DNA of 64,000 nucleotides from Octopus sinensis (GCF_006345805.1 NC_043004.1:48112001-48176000), one strand, 5' to 3'. Counted from the first letter of the stretch, positions 28,171 to 42,172 are shown. The notes: generated from the sequence alone by a model not told the origin. Made by a program: numbers and translations.

Positions 28171-29900
28171 CAAAGCAGGAGTCCACAGTCTGTTAAAAAC
28201 GGCAGAAATCATGCTCCTGTCCACGTATCTCGGAAGACGTACTTCCAAGATCTGGGTGGCAGATATACCACCAGAGATGGACCCTGATTGGCTCGTAGCG
28301 GCAATCACTACAGACCTGGAGGATAAAATTACAATCCTCCAGGCACAAGCTACCGAATCACAACATTGGCAGGAGCAGAGACTGGAATAATTGATTCAGG
28401 TTGCCCCTGCAGATTTAGAAAACATCATCGATATAATTTAGGTGGGGGAAGTAAGACTTCCATTGATGGTCGAGGGGAGATAGCCCCGATGCTTCAAATG
28501 TGGCCAAAAGGTTCACATAAGATCGGAGTGTAAACCTCCCTCAGAAAAGGAAATCCCACCTGAAAAGAAACGGTAAGCACAAAGGATGAAGAAACGAAAG
28601 ACCAGAATCTGAAACTGAAACTGAGAGCGAGAAGGACGCTGAACAAGAAGGGGGTGGGAAAAGTTGGAAAAAAGAAGAGGAGTAAAAGAAAAAAGCTGTC
28701 CCTCCCCAACAGCCCTACAGCAAAAAAATATTACATTCAGAACCAGAAACAAATACCCAGTCCAAGTCCCACCCACCCCACGCAGACATAAACTACACGG
28801 CGAGATACGGAAGATACGCATGACATAACACAGAAATTTGAAAACAAGGACACCAAATGAAATACTTATATTCGCAATTACTAGAGACAATTACGTAAAA
28901 AGAAATATGATAAAGATATGGGGGCCCTTGAGGATGGATTTTCTTCACAAATATATGAAGGCCTCATAGACATTACCCCGCAAGCCCCGGATAAAGAACA
29001 GGAAGAACAGGAGGAAGTGAGTATATAATTCTTTCTATGGACACTCTTAATGTTGGATGCATAAATGTACGCGGCCTGAAGTCGATTTGGAAACAAGCCT
29101 GTTTCCTATATGACCATGTTATAGTTGCTACAGAGTCCAGGCTGAGCAGTTAGAGGGATTTCTCTCCAGTCCTAAATGGCTACGAGAAAATCCTTTCTCC
29201 ATGCCCACCTGGAGGGGGGAGTTGTCGGTGTGCTGTTCAGGTAAAAACCTGGGCAATGGAGTAAAAACAATTTTTAGCGACCCGGAGAGCAGGCTGATCG
29301 TCGCGGATGTGACGCACAGCAGTAAGTCTTTCAGGTTGATTGGTGTTTACGCCCTTGCGAAAGGTGCGGTTAAAGCCGATGTTTTTCGAAGTATTGAGAA
29401 ATTTCTTGTTTCGTCTCATTCTATAGTTATGTTAGAGGACTTTAATGTAATCTGCGATGCACGCGTGGATTGCGTTGACTCTAATGTTAGAAGGGGTGAT
29501 CAATGTTTCTTAAATATGCTTAGCCGTTTTCAGCTAGCAGAAAGGTATATACTTGAGGACCCAAACGCCCAATTGTGGGTATAGATGAAAAGCTATGGGC
29601 CGGCCAGAACTTATCTAGATAGAATTCTAATTAGGGAATTAGATAAAAACCTAGTCAGTCGTCCACAATTCCACTATGTCAGCTACAGTGATCCCAACTT
29701 TGTGACCTGTAAGCTTGATTTAGATACGATACATAGACAGGGATCCGGCTACTGGATACTCAACAAGTCTCTTTTGTTTCATGAGGAGTACCGGAATCGG
29801 ATTAGGGAGTTAATTCTGTGAACAACAAAAGTCGATATTGCATTTCTGTGGTAGATAGCAGAGCTAGGGTTTGGAGAATGGGTGAGCGTCATGCCGATGG
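28170..29900 (+). mobile_element. L1/Tx1-type non-LTR retrotransposon relic (ORF1 zinc knuckle plus ORF2 endonuclease)
   Basis: PLMVEGR-PRCFKCGQKVHIRSEC; SFRLIGVYA...MLEDFN...YLDRILI...GSGYWILNKSLL. Confidence 0.75.
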
Positions 29901-29929
29901 TTGTGTAGTGGAGAGACTCGTGGGGATAC

Positions 29930-30140
29930 AGAGCATCATAGACTAACCGCTGCTCGCTATATCATCCAAGTGTTGAGGCCTCACATTGTGTCATACTTTG
30001 CCCGTCATTGGAATTACGTGTTCCAGCATTACAACACCCGTGCCCATATTGCCAGGTTGACAACAGACTTCCTCCAACAGCACAACATCCAGACACTGCC
30101 ATGACCTGCCCTAAGTCCGAACTTGAACCCCATAGAGCTA
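29930..30140 (+). mobile_element. Tc1 transposase fragment
   Basis: YVFQHYNTRAHIARLTTDFL...TLP-PALSPNLNPIE. Confidence 0.7.
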
Positions 30141-30449
30141 ACGGTGGTCACAGGAGATATTGAGTTCATCTCGTTGGATGCAGGACACTCCGTCATGCCG
30201 TGACATCATGTGACGTTAAACGTCTCAGGAAATTAGGTTTTATGATTAGGAAAGAACAGTTTCTTAATTAGCACTATTCAATCAATGCTATAACAGTCTG
30301 TTAATAAACCGCTTTCTATTTAGCATGAGTGAGACGTTTCTTTTGTGTTTCAGTTTACGAGGGAAAATTTGAGCTGGTGCATTTTGGAAAAAAGACTATG
30401 CTAAAACAACCATACTCTCTTCTTTTAGGGAAACGTCTCACAGTATCTA

Positions 30450-31230
30450 ATAATATCAGAGACCTGGGAGTAACTGTTGATAATATCAGTTAGAGTGCCT
30501 ACATCAACAATAAGGTCGATGTAGCTCGTAGGAAGAGCTCCTGGAACCTAAGAAACTTCCGGTCCAGAGAACAAGGTGTCATCGTTCCACTTTTCTCCTC
30601 CTTTGTACGACCACACCTCGAATACTGCTTCTCCCTGTGGGCTCCCCATACAAAACAAAACACCTCGAAAATTGTATTACCCAAGAGGGCATTCACTAAA
30701 CGAATTAAGGGCATGACTGATCTCGATTACTGGGACCGCCTTAAAGCATTGAAACACTACTCACTCTAGTGCAGCCGCGAAAGATATATCATTTGCACGA
30801 TGTGGAGAATATACCACCAGCATTGCCCAAACCACCTCAACATTAGCTTCAAAATTCATCCAAAGCTAGGACCACGAGCCATACGTCCCCTACTAATTCA
30901 GGATCACAACACATGAATACACTGCAACACAATTTCTTTTCTTCACCAGGCCCTGCTCTATTTAACATTTTCCCAAAACAGATCAAAATGTAAAAGGATC
31001 CCATCACCTTTAAACGGAATCTGGACAAATTTCTTCAAGGAATACCAGATAAGCCACCAATACCTGGATACAACTCACCCAACAAGAACTCCCTACTCGA
31101 ATGGAACATGATACCACAATACTTGACATAAAAAGGATCTAGATAATCCTATTAGGTAGTGCTAATAAGTTAGACATGGCTTGGACCAATCTTTGGTCGA
31201 AACATATCTAAGTTTTATCTAGGTTTTATA
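30450..31230 (+). mobile_element. CR1-type LINE 3' end
   Basis: DLGVTVD...FVRPHLEYCFSLWAPH...DYWDRLKAL, followed by a short tandem tail atctaagtttt/atctaggtttt. Confidence 0.8.
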
Positions 31231-32262
31231 TATATATATTCTTATATAAATCAGTATGTATGTCATTATTCAGTTTTATTTCATGATTTCTTGCCAATAG
31301 AGAAAGAGCTGATTTCTAACCTAGATCCAAAACTCCTTCATTGGAATTCCAACATCAACAACAGGGTATTTTTGTATGCATGTATATGTGCAAATTTGGA
31401 TGTTTTGTTTTATGTATGTCTTCTCACGTGTTTTATGTATGTCTTCTAAACATGCGCTTATGTATTTAAATGATAAACCTCTGGAAAGTTTTACAGATTT
31501 TTACAGTTCCAGTGATCGATTGGAACTGTAATCTTCAAATCAGCTTTCTCCTTTCTGGTTTTTGAGAAGCCTAATTTCTCAAGATTGGTATTTAGGTAGT
31601 GTGTTACACATCCCAGTGTCCCAATAATTACACGTATAAACATGAACTTGTAATCTGAATAGAGTAACTGCAGATTCCTCAATGGTTCAGCGGTTCAGCG
31701 TAGGTATTCTCTTTTTCACTGATCTTCAGTTTTATGTTAACATCTGCTGTATGTCTGTATATATGTATGTACGTATGTATGTATGTACCTTTGTATGTAT
31801 GCATGTATGTATATATGTATGCATATTTTTAACTCAAGGGTTGAACAGAAAGAACACAACGAGGAGAAAAAGTAGACGAAAACACAATAGGCGGAGTACA
31901 AAGAACACAATATACGGAAAATAAGACCAAGACATAACAAGCCTAATCATATATTTTGCATCATTATCCCCATATTAGCCCACCTAAATTTCTCTTATAG
32001 CCACTCCTTGCCCCGTCGGCCCAGTCATAATAACTTCGGAGTTTAAGTTCAAATGGCACTACTACATGATTCGCTAAAGATGAAGAAGAAAAGATGTTAT
32101 AAGTTTGAAAATAATTTAATCCATGCACGCGATCGATTCAAACAGCAATGTTAACATGTAAATAACATGGTAGAAAAGTTAGAAATTAATTTAATTAAAA
32201 TTAAATTAATTACATATTACTGTTCTCCTCAGTACGAAAAAGGAATACATCAAAAAAAATTA

Positions 32263-32306
<44 letters not shown>

Positions 32307-33439
32307 TTATTATTATTATTATTGTTACAGAAGATTTGGCGGAGTGAGTATCAACATATTCGGATATACATATTTTCCTGATGAAAGATTAAAAGCATGC
32401 TAAGATATTGTTGTGGGATCTAGTTGTGTATGAACTAAAACTTTAGTTCATACACAACTTGGTGAGGTTGCCTGTTTAGTCGCCGACGCCCCGACCACGT
32501 GACAGGTTGTACTGGATTACATATTTCCAGTAGCGCTCTAGTGGGACCTGATATATGTCTGGAATGTCTGTGTGTATGTGTGTATGTGTTTGCTTGTTTG
32601 CGTATGTGAGTGTGTGTGTGTATAGTACATTTTTAAGCGTCTTATTATTGTTAAATTTTTATATTTCTTTGTATATCTTTATTTTCATATTCCTTTTTTA
32701 TATTATTTTTATATTGTCATGTATTCCATTTTTTTCTATGCTTATACACACGGGAGTGTGAAAAGATAAGAGAATAAACCCCTACAGAAACTTCGCAGTG
32801 AGGTCTCTTAAAGCAGTTGTCAATATCCCCGGTATAGAAAGAAAATTTTCATTCACCGGGTCCCCAAATGGCGGGTAGGTGCAAGACCTTTAGATATGAA
32901 GTTTAGATGTGAATATAAAAATAAACAGTTCTGGACAAAATATACCTAGAGGAGTAAACCTCAATGATAAAAGATCTCAGCCTTGAATTGCCAGAGGTTA
33001 ATAAGCAGTGAATGCAAGCTTCAAAAAACTGATTCATTGGATCCGCGCAATTTCTGCCTCGCCGAAGGAGATCCTGTCTCTGCTAATGAGGAAATGCAAT
33101 TTACAGCAGGAGTACGCGACCTATATCAGTATTAAGCTATTGAAGTCCCAAAAAGACCCGGGTTGGAACTCGGTCGTAATTAAAAGTAAAAAATAACCAG
33201 TCAAAAAGTTACCATTGGTTTCGCGCCTACCAGTGATCACTTTTGTTACCGGTTATGTGCCATAAGCGACTATGCACTCTTCGATTACAATAAATGAATT
33301 TACACTGTACATTACATGAGAGGATTCAGGTTCCAATTTGAGAACATATCCGAATATAAAAGTCACATAAAGCAGGTTAGTGATAGAATGTCAACGGAAA
33401 CATCGAAACGTTGTGAGTATGTTTGTGTGTGTGTGTATC

Positions 33440-33471
<32 letters not shown>

Positions 33472-33715
33472 TATATATATATATATATACATTCATCGAT
33501 ATAGTTATACATACACACAAATATATATATATATATATACATACACAATTGCAGCGTGTAAGGTGTTTATAAGCCATTTAATAAACACACAAAAACCGTT
33601 TGATTCACTTCAACATTTAAATTTAATTTGTCAAAATATTTTCGGCGCTTTGAGACCGCGACTTGTTCACTGACAAAACTTCGTGCTGCATCGCTATGCA
33701 AGTACATCTCCGTAA

Positions 33716-33800
<85 letters not shown>

Positions 33801-34206
33801 AATACATATATATATATATATATATGGGGGGGTATACTCTTTCTACTAAAGGCACAAGGTCTGAAATTTGGATGGGGGAGTATACAAGTAGATTGCATCG
33901 TCCCTAGTGCTCGACTGGTACTTATTTCATCGATCCCGAAATGATAAAAGGCAAAGTCAACCTCGGCGAAATTTGAACTCAAAACGAAGAGACGGGCGAA
34001 ATGCCACAAAGCATTTCTCCCGGCGTGATTTTACCAGCTTGCCTGACTGGAGACCTTCCCAGTTCATTTACAGGGCTTAGAAAAACCGAAGGCCTGCTAC
34101 CATAAGTGTATGTATCTGAGAGCGGAATATGTTGAATAGAATCAAAATTAACTGATCCCCCTGTATTTTCTTTTACTCAAATCCAAGAACTTTTCAGTCT
34201 CCCACA

Positions 34207-34246
<40 letters not shown>

Positions 34247-34342
34247 TAATCCAAACAAGAAAACACAAAAAAACACAACAACGCGAGGACGTGGAACAAA
34301 TATAGTATTATTGGATGCTCAGGAAAGAAGGGGAGAAGGAGG

Positions 34343-34377
34343 GCTTAACGTTTCGAGCGGAGCTCTTCGTCGGAAAC
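34343..34377 (-). ncRNA. Minimal hammerhead-like motif, U4C variant
   Basis: GUUU-CCGACGA-A-GAGC(ucc)GCUC-GAAA-CG-UU^AAGC; family copies at 41612-41646 and 60634-60668. Confidence 0.55.
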
Positions 34378-34542
34378 ATAGAAGGAAAGATCCAGAGAAG
34401 GGAAGACAGAGGAAAAAAATCGCCAACGGTGCACATGAGGTCACATTTTGAAAGACCGGAAGGAGAAAGGGTGAAGAAAGATGTTTATATATATATATAT
34501 ATATATATAAATGAAAGAATGGAGTTGAATGACGATTTAACA

Positions 34543-34647
34543 AAATTCCTTTATTCTCGACATATGTTTCGAAGGCTGCATATTCCTAATTTCGAAGGAA
34601 TAAGGGGTGCATTATGCCGCCTTCTCATCAGGAAAAACAAGGAACTT
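34543..34647 (-). ncRNA. Extended type I hammerhead ribozyme, mirror copy in the left arm of the palindrome
   Basis: Exact reverse complement of 34705-34809. Confidence 0.75.
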
Positions 34648-34704
34648 ATGTCAGCATCAAGATGAACAAAAACTAAGAGTTTTTGTTCATCTTGATGCTG
34701 ACAT

Positions 34705-34809
34705 AAGTTCCTTGTTTTTCCTGATGAGAAGGCGGCATAATGCACCCCTTATTCCTTCGAAATTAGGAATATGCAGCCTTCGAAACATATGTCGAGAATA
34801 AAGGAATTT
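34705..34809 (+). ncRNA. Extended type I hammerhead ribozyme with canonical core
   Basis: UUUUC-CUGAUGA-GAAGGC...GCCUUC-GAAA-CAUAUG-UC^GAGAA; stem I continues past a 2x2 loop (UUCCUU/AAGGAA). Confidence 0.75.
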
Positions 34810-34994
34810 TGTTAAATCGTCGTTCAACTCCATTCTTTCATTTATTTGTATTTAAAAAAACACGCAAATTTCCACACGAAAGCACGTGATCTCTGCCCTT
34901 GGCATGTAGCTTCAACCGTGTTTTTCTGACGTGAATTTGCTACCCAGGTATCGGTTAACCGAATTATCCATACTAAGATAATTCATTCACTACT

Positions 34995-35057
<63 letters not shown>

Positions 35058-35058
35058 A

Positions 35059-35107
<49 letters not shown>

Positions 35108-35269
35108 TATATATATATTCATTTTGCAAGATTCTTGATACGAATTCGTGTGTTGAAACAGATATTGTTGTATTTGGGGATGTTGCCAGTTTAGCCAATG
35201 AAAACACACACACTATATATTTGGTGTTAACATGCTTCAGCTTTATTTTATATTAATTGTATATTGCAG

Positions 35270-35308
35270 CCAGAGTTCTTCCGTCACAATTCTGTGACCT
35301 CATCAGTG
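35270..35308 (-). ncRNA. Hammerhead-like motif (CUGAUGA intact, GAAA mutated to GGAA)
   Basis: CUGAUGA-G-GUCAC(agaauu)GUGAC-GGAA-GAACUC; sister family of the 14007 motif. Confidence 0.4.
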
Positions 35309-36153
35309 TGTGTTGCTTTCTTCTTTCTTTTTTTGTGTCTCTCTTTACAAACGATCTGCCATTTTGTATTCTCGTTGTATGTGTATTTATCTGCGCATGC
35401 GTATATCCCTGTGTGTCTATTTTTAGTAAGTGTGTGGGAGGAATGTGCCTGCAGTCTCAGTACCCCTTGTTTGTACACGTTCGTTTAATTTACTTTTATT
35501 TATTTTATTCATTTGTTTATATCTGCTTACTTTACTCTTCTTTCGCTTTTGTATTAATTTAATTTAATTTATTTTGTTTATGTATATAGTAATTTAATTC
35601 CATTTATTTATCTGTGTATTGTAATATTTTCATATCAATATCAGTTTATGGGGATCTTATTCTGTCATAGGTTGTGGAATGTGTGTGGTGGTGTGCTAGC
35701 CCAGCGATAATAATATTTAATTCTAAAAATATAATAGGTTTTTTTTTTTTAACATCGAATGGCTAGGAAGGGCCATCTGATTAAAATAGGAATCAAAGGT
35801 AAAAGTGGTCGAAAAAAACTGTGAATCGGAACATCGGCGGTATCTTACTAACATATGGAATGGACACAAAAAATCATTTGCTTATCAAATTGCCAGTTAT
35901 TTGCAAGGTTTGCAATACAAGAGAAATAACCATTAAAATTTCGTTTTGGGAGTTGGTTAACAAGATTCTTTATGCGAGTTCGTGTGTTGAAGCATATTCT
36001 GTTGTGTCTGGGGAGAGTCATTCTCTTTTAGGGCATTACAATTTAACACACTCACCGGTAAAATTTCTACTCATTTCCTTCTTTATATTTCTAAAATTTT
36101 CGTTGCGTCTTGCAACTTTTTCGATAGTTTTGTTTGTGCGCATGTGTGTTGGT

Positions 36154-36191
<38 letters not shown>

Positions 36192-36459
36192 ATACACATC
36201 TAAGTAAAGTGTGTGTATATACATGGTCATGTGTTTTAGTCTTCATTTGTGTATCTGTGTGTATGTGTGCTTGTCTGTTCATACAACCTATGTACCTATC
36301 CGTGTGTATGTTGTTCTGTTTACTTTGTATTCCCGTTGAATGTGTATTTATCTGCGCATGCGTATATTCCTGTGTGTCTATTTTTAGTAAGTGTGTGGGG
36401 GGAATGTGCCTGCAATCTCAGTACCCCTTGTATGTACACGTTCGTTTACAAACAAAATG

Positions 36460-36562
36460 CGTGGCACATTCGGCAAGTGTCTTCTACTATAGCTTCGGGC
36501 CGACCAAAGCCTTGTGAGTGGATTTGGTACACGGAAACTGAAAGAAGCCCGTCGTGTATATG

Positions 36563-36628
<66 letters not shown>

Positions 36629-36865
36629 GTGTGTGTGTGTGTGTGTGTGTCTGTGTGTTTGTGTGTCTGTGTTTGTCCCCCCAACATCGCTTGACAACCG
36701 ATGCTGGTGTGTCTACGTCCTTGCAACTTAGCGGTTCGACAAAAGGGACCGGTAGAATAAGTGTTAGGCTTACAAAGAATAAGTCCTTGGAGTCGATTTG
36801 CTCGACTAAAGGCGGTGCTCCAGCATGACCACAGTCAAATGACTGAAATAAGTAAAAGAGTAAGC
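36460..36865 (+). mobile_element. tRNA-derived SINE family B
   Basis: Homologous to 22629-23040. Confidence 0.75.
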
Positions 36866-37574
36866 AAAAGACAAATGATAGTTCTAGTTATAGTATCTAA
36901 ATATCAAGAAATAAAAACAAACTCGGTGGTCGTGACTGTAAACCTTCTTAATTATAATGTTTACGTGATCAGACTTTACCTAGGACTGTATATCGACAAC
37001 AAAAATGATATCAACAACAACCCCAACATATACAGGCATTCGTTATAAATAATTATTTTATTCAACATAAACACTTATATCCTTTACAACGTGCGTGACA
37101 AGAAACACACACGCTACCTAATGACTTCAATTCAAGAATCAAATTTCAAAAAAGGTCAACTAAAACATTCAGACGCATGCTACGGTTATCTGTTTATACC
37201 TTTAAAGTGCTATTTTCCCCATTATTTATATTTTTTTATTATCGGCACGCTTTAAAGCTAATTAAAAGTTTTGTAGAACGCGGTATATGAAAAAAAAACG
37301 GAATAGAAAGTGACTATAGGGAAAATATTCAATCACTTTAAAAATAAGTGTCTGCAAATTTAAGAGAAAACGAAATATAAATCTTAATAACTGCTTATAA
37401 TATTTGTTTCTGCTTTAGGCACACGGTCAGCAATTTTGAAGACAGGAGAGGAAATCTGTTGAATATTTCGGCCCTAGCACTTGACCGTTGCTTCTCATTT
37501 CTTGATTTAAGAGGGATAGAAAGTAAAACAGACTTCTATGAAAGTTGAACTCAACGTAGAGAACCAGCAGTAAT

Positions 37575-37808
37575 ACCTATTTCTTTATTACCCACAAGGG
37601 GCTAAACACAGAGGGGACAAACAAGGGCAGACATAGGTATTAAGTCGATTACATCGACCCCAGTGCGTAACTGGTACTTAATTTATCGACCCCGAAAGGA
37701 TGAAAGGCAAAGTCGACCTCGGCGGAATTTGATCTCACAACGTAACGCAGACGAAATACCGCTAAACATTTCGCCCGGCGTGCTAACGTTTCTGCCAGCT
37801 CGCCGCTT
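37575..37808 (-). mobile_element. tRNA-derived SINE family A, well preserved
   Basis: Reverse complement of ggcgagctggcagaaacgttagcacgccgggcgaaatg...gtcgactttgcctttcatcctttcggggtcgataaattaagtaccag. Confidence 0.8.
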
Positions 37809-39227
37809 TAAGAGAAAACTAAATATAAATCGTAATAACTGCTTATAATATTTGTTTCTGCTTTAGGCACACGGTCAGTAATTTTGCAGACAGGAGAGGA
37901 AATCAGTAATACCAGCAGTAATACCTCAAAGCATTTCTCCCACGATCTAACGTTTCTGCTAACTTCCTACCTTGATAATTGCATATACTAAGGTGTAGTA
38001 GAAGGGATCTTTACCTTTTGACCAACAGATTTAAAAAATAATTTTTTGTAACTAAACACTTTCAAACTTCGGACACTGGTAGAATGTGTCACATAAAACA
38101 TCTTTTACTCTTAGTATTTTTGAGAAAAACTTATATTTACGAAGTTATTTCACGTTAAAGTAGTCGTATTTCGGTGATTTCAACCAATCAATGACGTGTA
38201 TTCAGCTGAATAAAATTACTGCCGATGTTTGTCAGCAACAACTATCGGCGGTGTATACACAGAAAAACAAATCAGAATGGTAATCTGTGTCTCATAACGC
38301 CCAAAGTTTGAAGAAAAGTTCAGCCATTTTACATACATTCTGGGGGTAAACAAATAGGAAATAACAGTTGCTACCCAAGGACAAAAATCGTATTACTCAG
38401 TGTAATGTTAGGTGGCGACAACGACCTTTTCAGATTATACGTTTAATAACGATGTGTGGTCAAAGGAAAACTGCAGATATACAGTCTACTAGAAGCACTC
38501 GACACTTTCCAACTTAAATATTCTTAAAGCTTCTTGAGAAAGTATTCAGAAAGATATCCTGGAACAAACGTAGTATGCACACGTACACAAACACACACAC
38601 ATATCTATACACACATTCTTCCCTTCTGTTTTGTGGTTTACTACTCACTTTAGAAAGTCCCTCCTCCTATACCTTTTTTGTACCCATCCCTTAATACCAC
38701 TCTAACATATCAACCCCGCTCACACACCTCACACATATTCATTACTTACATTCTTATCTCTCCCTACCCTCCCCTACTCCTTTCCCATCCGCCCTCTTAA
38801 TAACTTGACCACCAAAACGCCTTTTTTCATTTTTTTACTTTTGTTTTCACTTCCTTACACTTTTTCATTTTCTCTTCTTGTTTTCATTTTCTCTTCCTCT
38901 TTCCTTCCTTCTTTTCCCACCTTTTCCTTTAACCTCTATTCTTAATATACACATCTCTTCTCCTCTCCCTATCCACTTAATACTATCGCTGCATTTTCAA
39001 ATTTTCATTCACACCACAAGACCCCTTTGAATGAACAGCACATGGAATCTACGTCTCCACACTTACCATCTGTGGAATTTACATACCCCAAACAGGAAGC
39101 ATTTATACCACTTCTACACACAACTTTACTTGGATATTGGAACTGCAACTATAACATTTTTATACATTTTTATTTTTTATTTTTATTTTATTTCTTCATT
39201 CATTCTCCTAGTTAACCATCTCATATC

Positions 39228-39275
39228 GTCTCTGATGAAGGGATATCTCTAATATCCCAGAAACAGCTGTAAGAC
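39228..39275 (+). ncRNA. Minimal type I hammerhead ribozyme with canonical core
   Basis: GUCU-CUGAUGA-A-GGGAUA(ucucuaa)UAUCCC-A-GAAA-CAGCUG-UA^AGAC, with palindromic stem III. Confidence 0.75.
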
Positions 39276-39399
39276 TTACATTTTCTTTATAAATGTTCTG
39301 AAAACTCCACACAGCCTTGGCGTTGTCTTATTTTGTTTAAGAGTCAAATCGGAGAATAAGGGAAATTATAGAACGAACACATCTAAGCAATCAATACAA

Positions 39400-41150
39400 A
39401 TTCCAGAGCATAATTTAAAACACACGTGGCTCAAATCAACGGGACTCACATTTAATGGCGCTTTTTAGGGCGTACCACAAGTACTTATCGATGATGGCTC
39501 CTGCAAACGCCCTTTTCACTAATTCTCTAATCCGTTCAGGAGCAACAAGTTTAGCTTCCACTAACCGGGGCCCTGTCCACAAAATTTATCTAAGTCAAGC
39601 TTACAGATCACAAACTTGTGATCCGTATAGCTGACGATCTGAAAATGTGGATAACTAACGCTAGATTTCTCAGCTAACCTAATAATACTCTAAGTAGGAT
39701 CTGAGAGACACGGAGCTGTTTGTCCATGTCCACATAGGAGCATTCTGGTGATCGATTCTAAACCTGTCAGGCAGTTGAAAGCGATTGAGAGGTTAGTGAG
39801 GCAAGTATTCCCTTTTCTATTTCGAACTGAGCCAACACAATCCACACGTGCAACTATCATTGTGTTAAAGTCACCAACTAACACTAACGTGCGCGACGTC
39901 CTACGGAAAGGTTCTAGGCGTCTGAAGTAGTCGGATTGCCCTGTGACGTTTGGGGCATAAACTGCAACCAGTCGGAAGGCGCTGCCATTGCTATGTGTCG
40001 CGTCCAGGATGACCAGCTTGCCTTTTTGGTCCACAAAGATTGACTTGATTTCTAACTCCAGGCCTCTCCGGAATAAAACCTCAATATCTCTGCCTCATCT
40101 AGGCTGGCTTGGAGATATGTAGATCTCATAACCATCGGAGAGGGGCGAAAGAGCTTGTGACCCAGTCAGCCTGGTTTTACTGGTGACTATGACATCGAAA
40201 TCCCATTACCTGAGATTGTTTAACAAGCGCGCTTGCTTCCAATACGATCCCAGGCCACGCACATACACACTGCCAGGTTTGAATGCAACCATGATGAGTA
40301 GATTTAATTACTTACTTGGTGATGGGGAGGGGATATATCTTCCCTTTCCGTTGTATCTTGTGTTGAGTTTTGGAGATTGAAGAGGGGTGTGGACTTATCC
40401 TCCCCTTTCTTGTGGCTTGTGGGACGTTATTAATTAAGTTCCGGTAAATATGTTTAGTGATATTTAATTGTATTGTTCCAGTGTAATTGACAATCGAGTT
40501 TTATTAATTGGGTGTCTTTAGGAATTCATGAATGTGAGGAGGTGGCGTTGAAAGGTGATATGCGAGGATTTTTATCTCAATTTTGCTAATTGTGTGTTCT
40601 TTGTATTGATTGCCGTGATGCTGATGACAGATTCTGGAGTATCAGGTTCAGATTTGGGGGTGTTCAAGACTAAATGGATGTAAGTGGTGCGAACGGTGAA
40701 CATGAATGTGGCCAACTTGAACGTACTACCGTAGTCTCCTGCGTGAGAGCAGTACTGGGTCGTGGCTTGTGGGGTCTCCACGCTCAACATTTCATCTTGT
40801 TGTCTCATCATTATATCATTATACCATTAATGTTTATCTTGTTATTTCTTTTTGTTTTTCCATCCGCCCATTCAACCCCTTGTAGACCCCTAATTGTTCT
40901 TGTCTGATCTGCATTGTCCCTCCATGTCGGCTCTAGTGGCTAATAAAGAATCAAATTTCGATCGAACAGACATATTTTTTCTTCTCGTGAGTTTTGTTTA
41001 TATAAATTGTGTTATTTTTTGTGAATTTTGTGTGCGATCGACTCTGAACCTTCAGACCAGGAGAACTGTCAAGTCTATAAATTGCAGCTTTAAAGGGCGA
41101 AGTGATGTTTTGCGCTTTTTCTCCTGTAATTTATTTACGCATTTTTGAAA
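39400..41150 (-). mobile_element. L1/Tx1-type retrotransposon relic (endonuclease region)
   Basis: KLVILDATHSNGSAFRLVAVYAPN...LVLVGDFN. The ORF1-side boundary is uncertain. Confidence 0.7.
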
Positions 41151-41370
41151 TTATGGCTTCCAGCTAAAACACTGATAGAACACTCAGTATCAACAAACTT
41201 ACCGAGGTGTACCGGGTTGAGTTTGTTGAGTTTGTACCGGGCGTCGTCATAATTTCAAAAAATGTATAAATGTATTGCCTGAGAAAAAGTGCAAAAGATT
41301 TCAATTCGCCCTTTAAAGGGGGAATTTCTAGAATATTAATACATCGTTTCACGACGGAAGAGTCCATCGT

Positions 41371-41437
<67 letters not shown>

Positions 41438-41611
41438 CATACATACATACATACATACATACATACATACATACATACATACATACATACATACAGACAG
41501 ACAGACAGACAGACAAACAGAAATATATATATATATATATGTGACCTCGTGTGTACCGTTGGCGATTTTTTTTCCTCTATCTTCCCTTCTCTGGATCTTT
41601 CCTTCTCCTAT

Positions 41612-41646
41612 GTTTCCGACGAACAGCTCCGCTCGAAACGTTAAAC
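41612..41646 (+). ncRNA. Hammerhead-like motif, U4C variant with a broken stem-II closing pair
   Basis: GUUU-CCGACGA-A-CAGC(ucc)GCUC-GAAA-CG-UU^AAAC. Confidence 0.4.
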
Positions 41647-41742
41647 CCTCCTTCTTTCCTTCTTTCCTGAGCGTCCAATAATACTATATTTGTTCCACGT
41701 CCTCGCGTTGTTATGTTTTTTTGTGCTTTCTTGTTTGGATTA

Positions 41743-41826
<84 letters not shown>

Positions 41827-42172
41827 TATAAGTTAAATTAGAGATAAAACCACTATTAGGCAAATCAAACAGTGAAAAACATAAACCAAAACATATAAAT
41901 AGAATTGATCAATATAAAATTGTTTAAATTTAAAGTTAAAAAATTAAAATTATAAATTTATACAATTATTAATTGATTTGCCTAATAGTGGTTTTATCTC
42001 TAATTTAATTTATATTTATACTGTAAAATTAGATTTAATCCTAATCTAATTTTTCCCTGTAAGTTTGGATTTACTCCCTAATATTATTATTATATACATA
42101 TATATATATACATATATAGAGATATACGTGAGTGTATGCCTGTGTGTGTCTATGTATATATGTATGTATGTA

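Larger units (their letters stand above)
34507..34845. repeat. 339-bp near-perfect palindrome (168-bp arms, 3-nt loop, one mismatch)
   Basis: The arms are reverse complements around aag at 34675-34677; I found one mismatch (34530/34822). Confidence 0.95.

Noticed and set aside
33200-33250. Minus-strand GUGAUCA...GAAA-CCAAUGG-UA (possible G3:C8 hammerhead)
   Set aside because: Stem I and the core cannot form together, and stem II does not pair.
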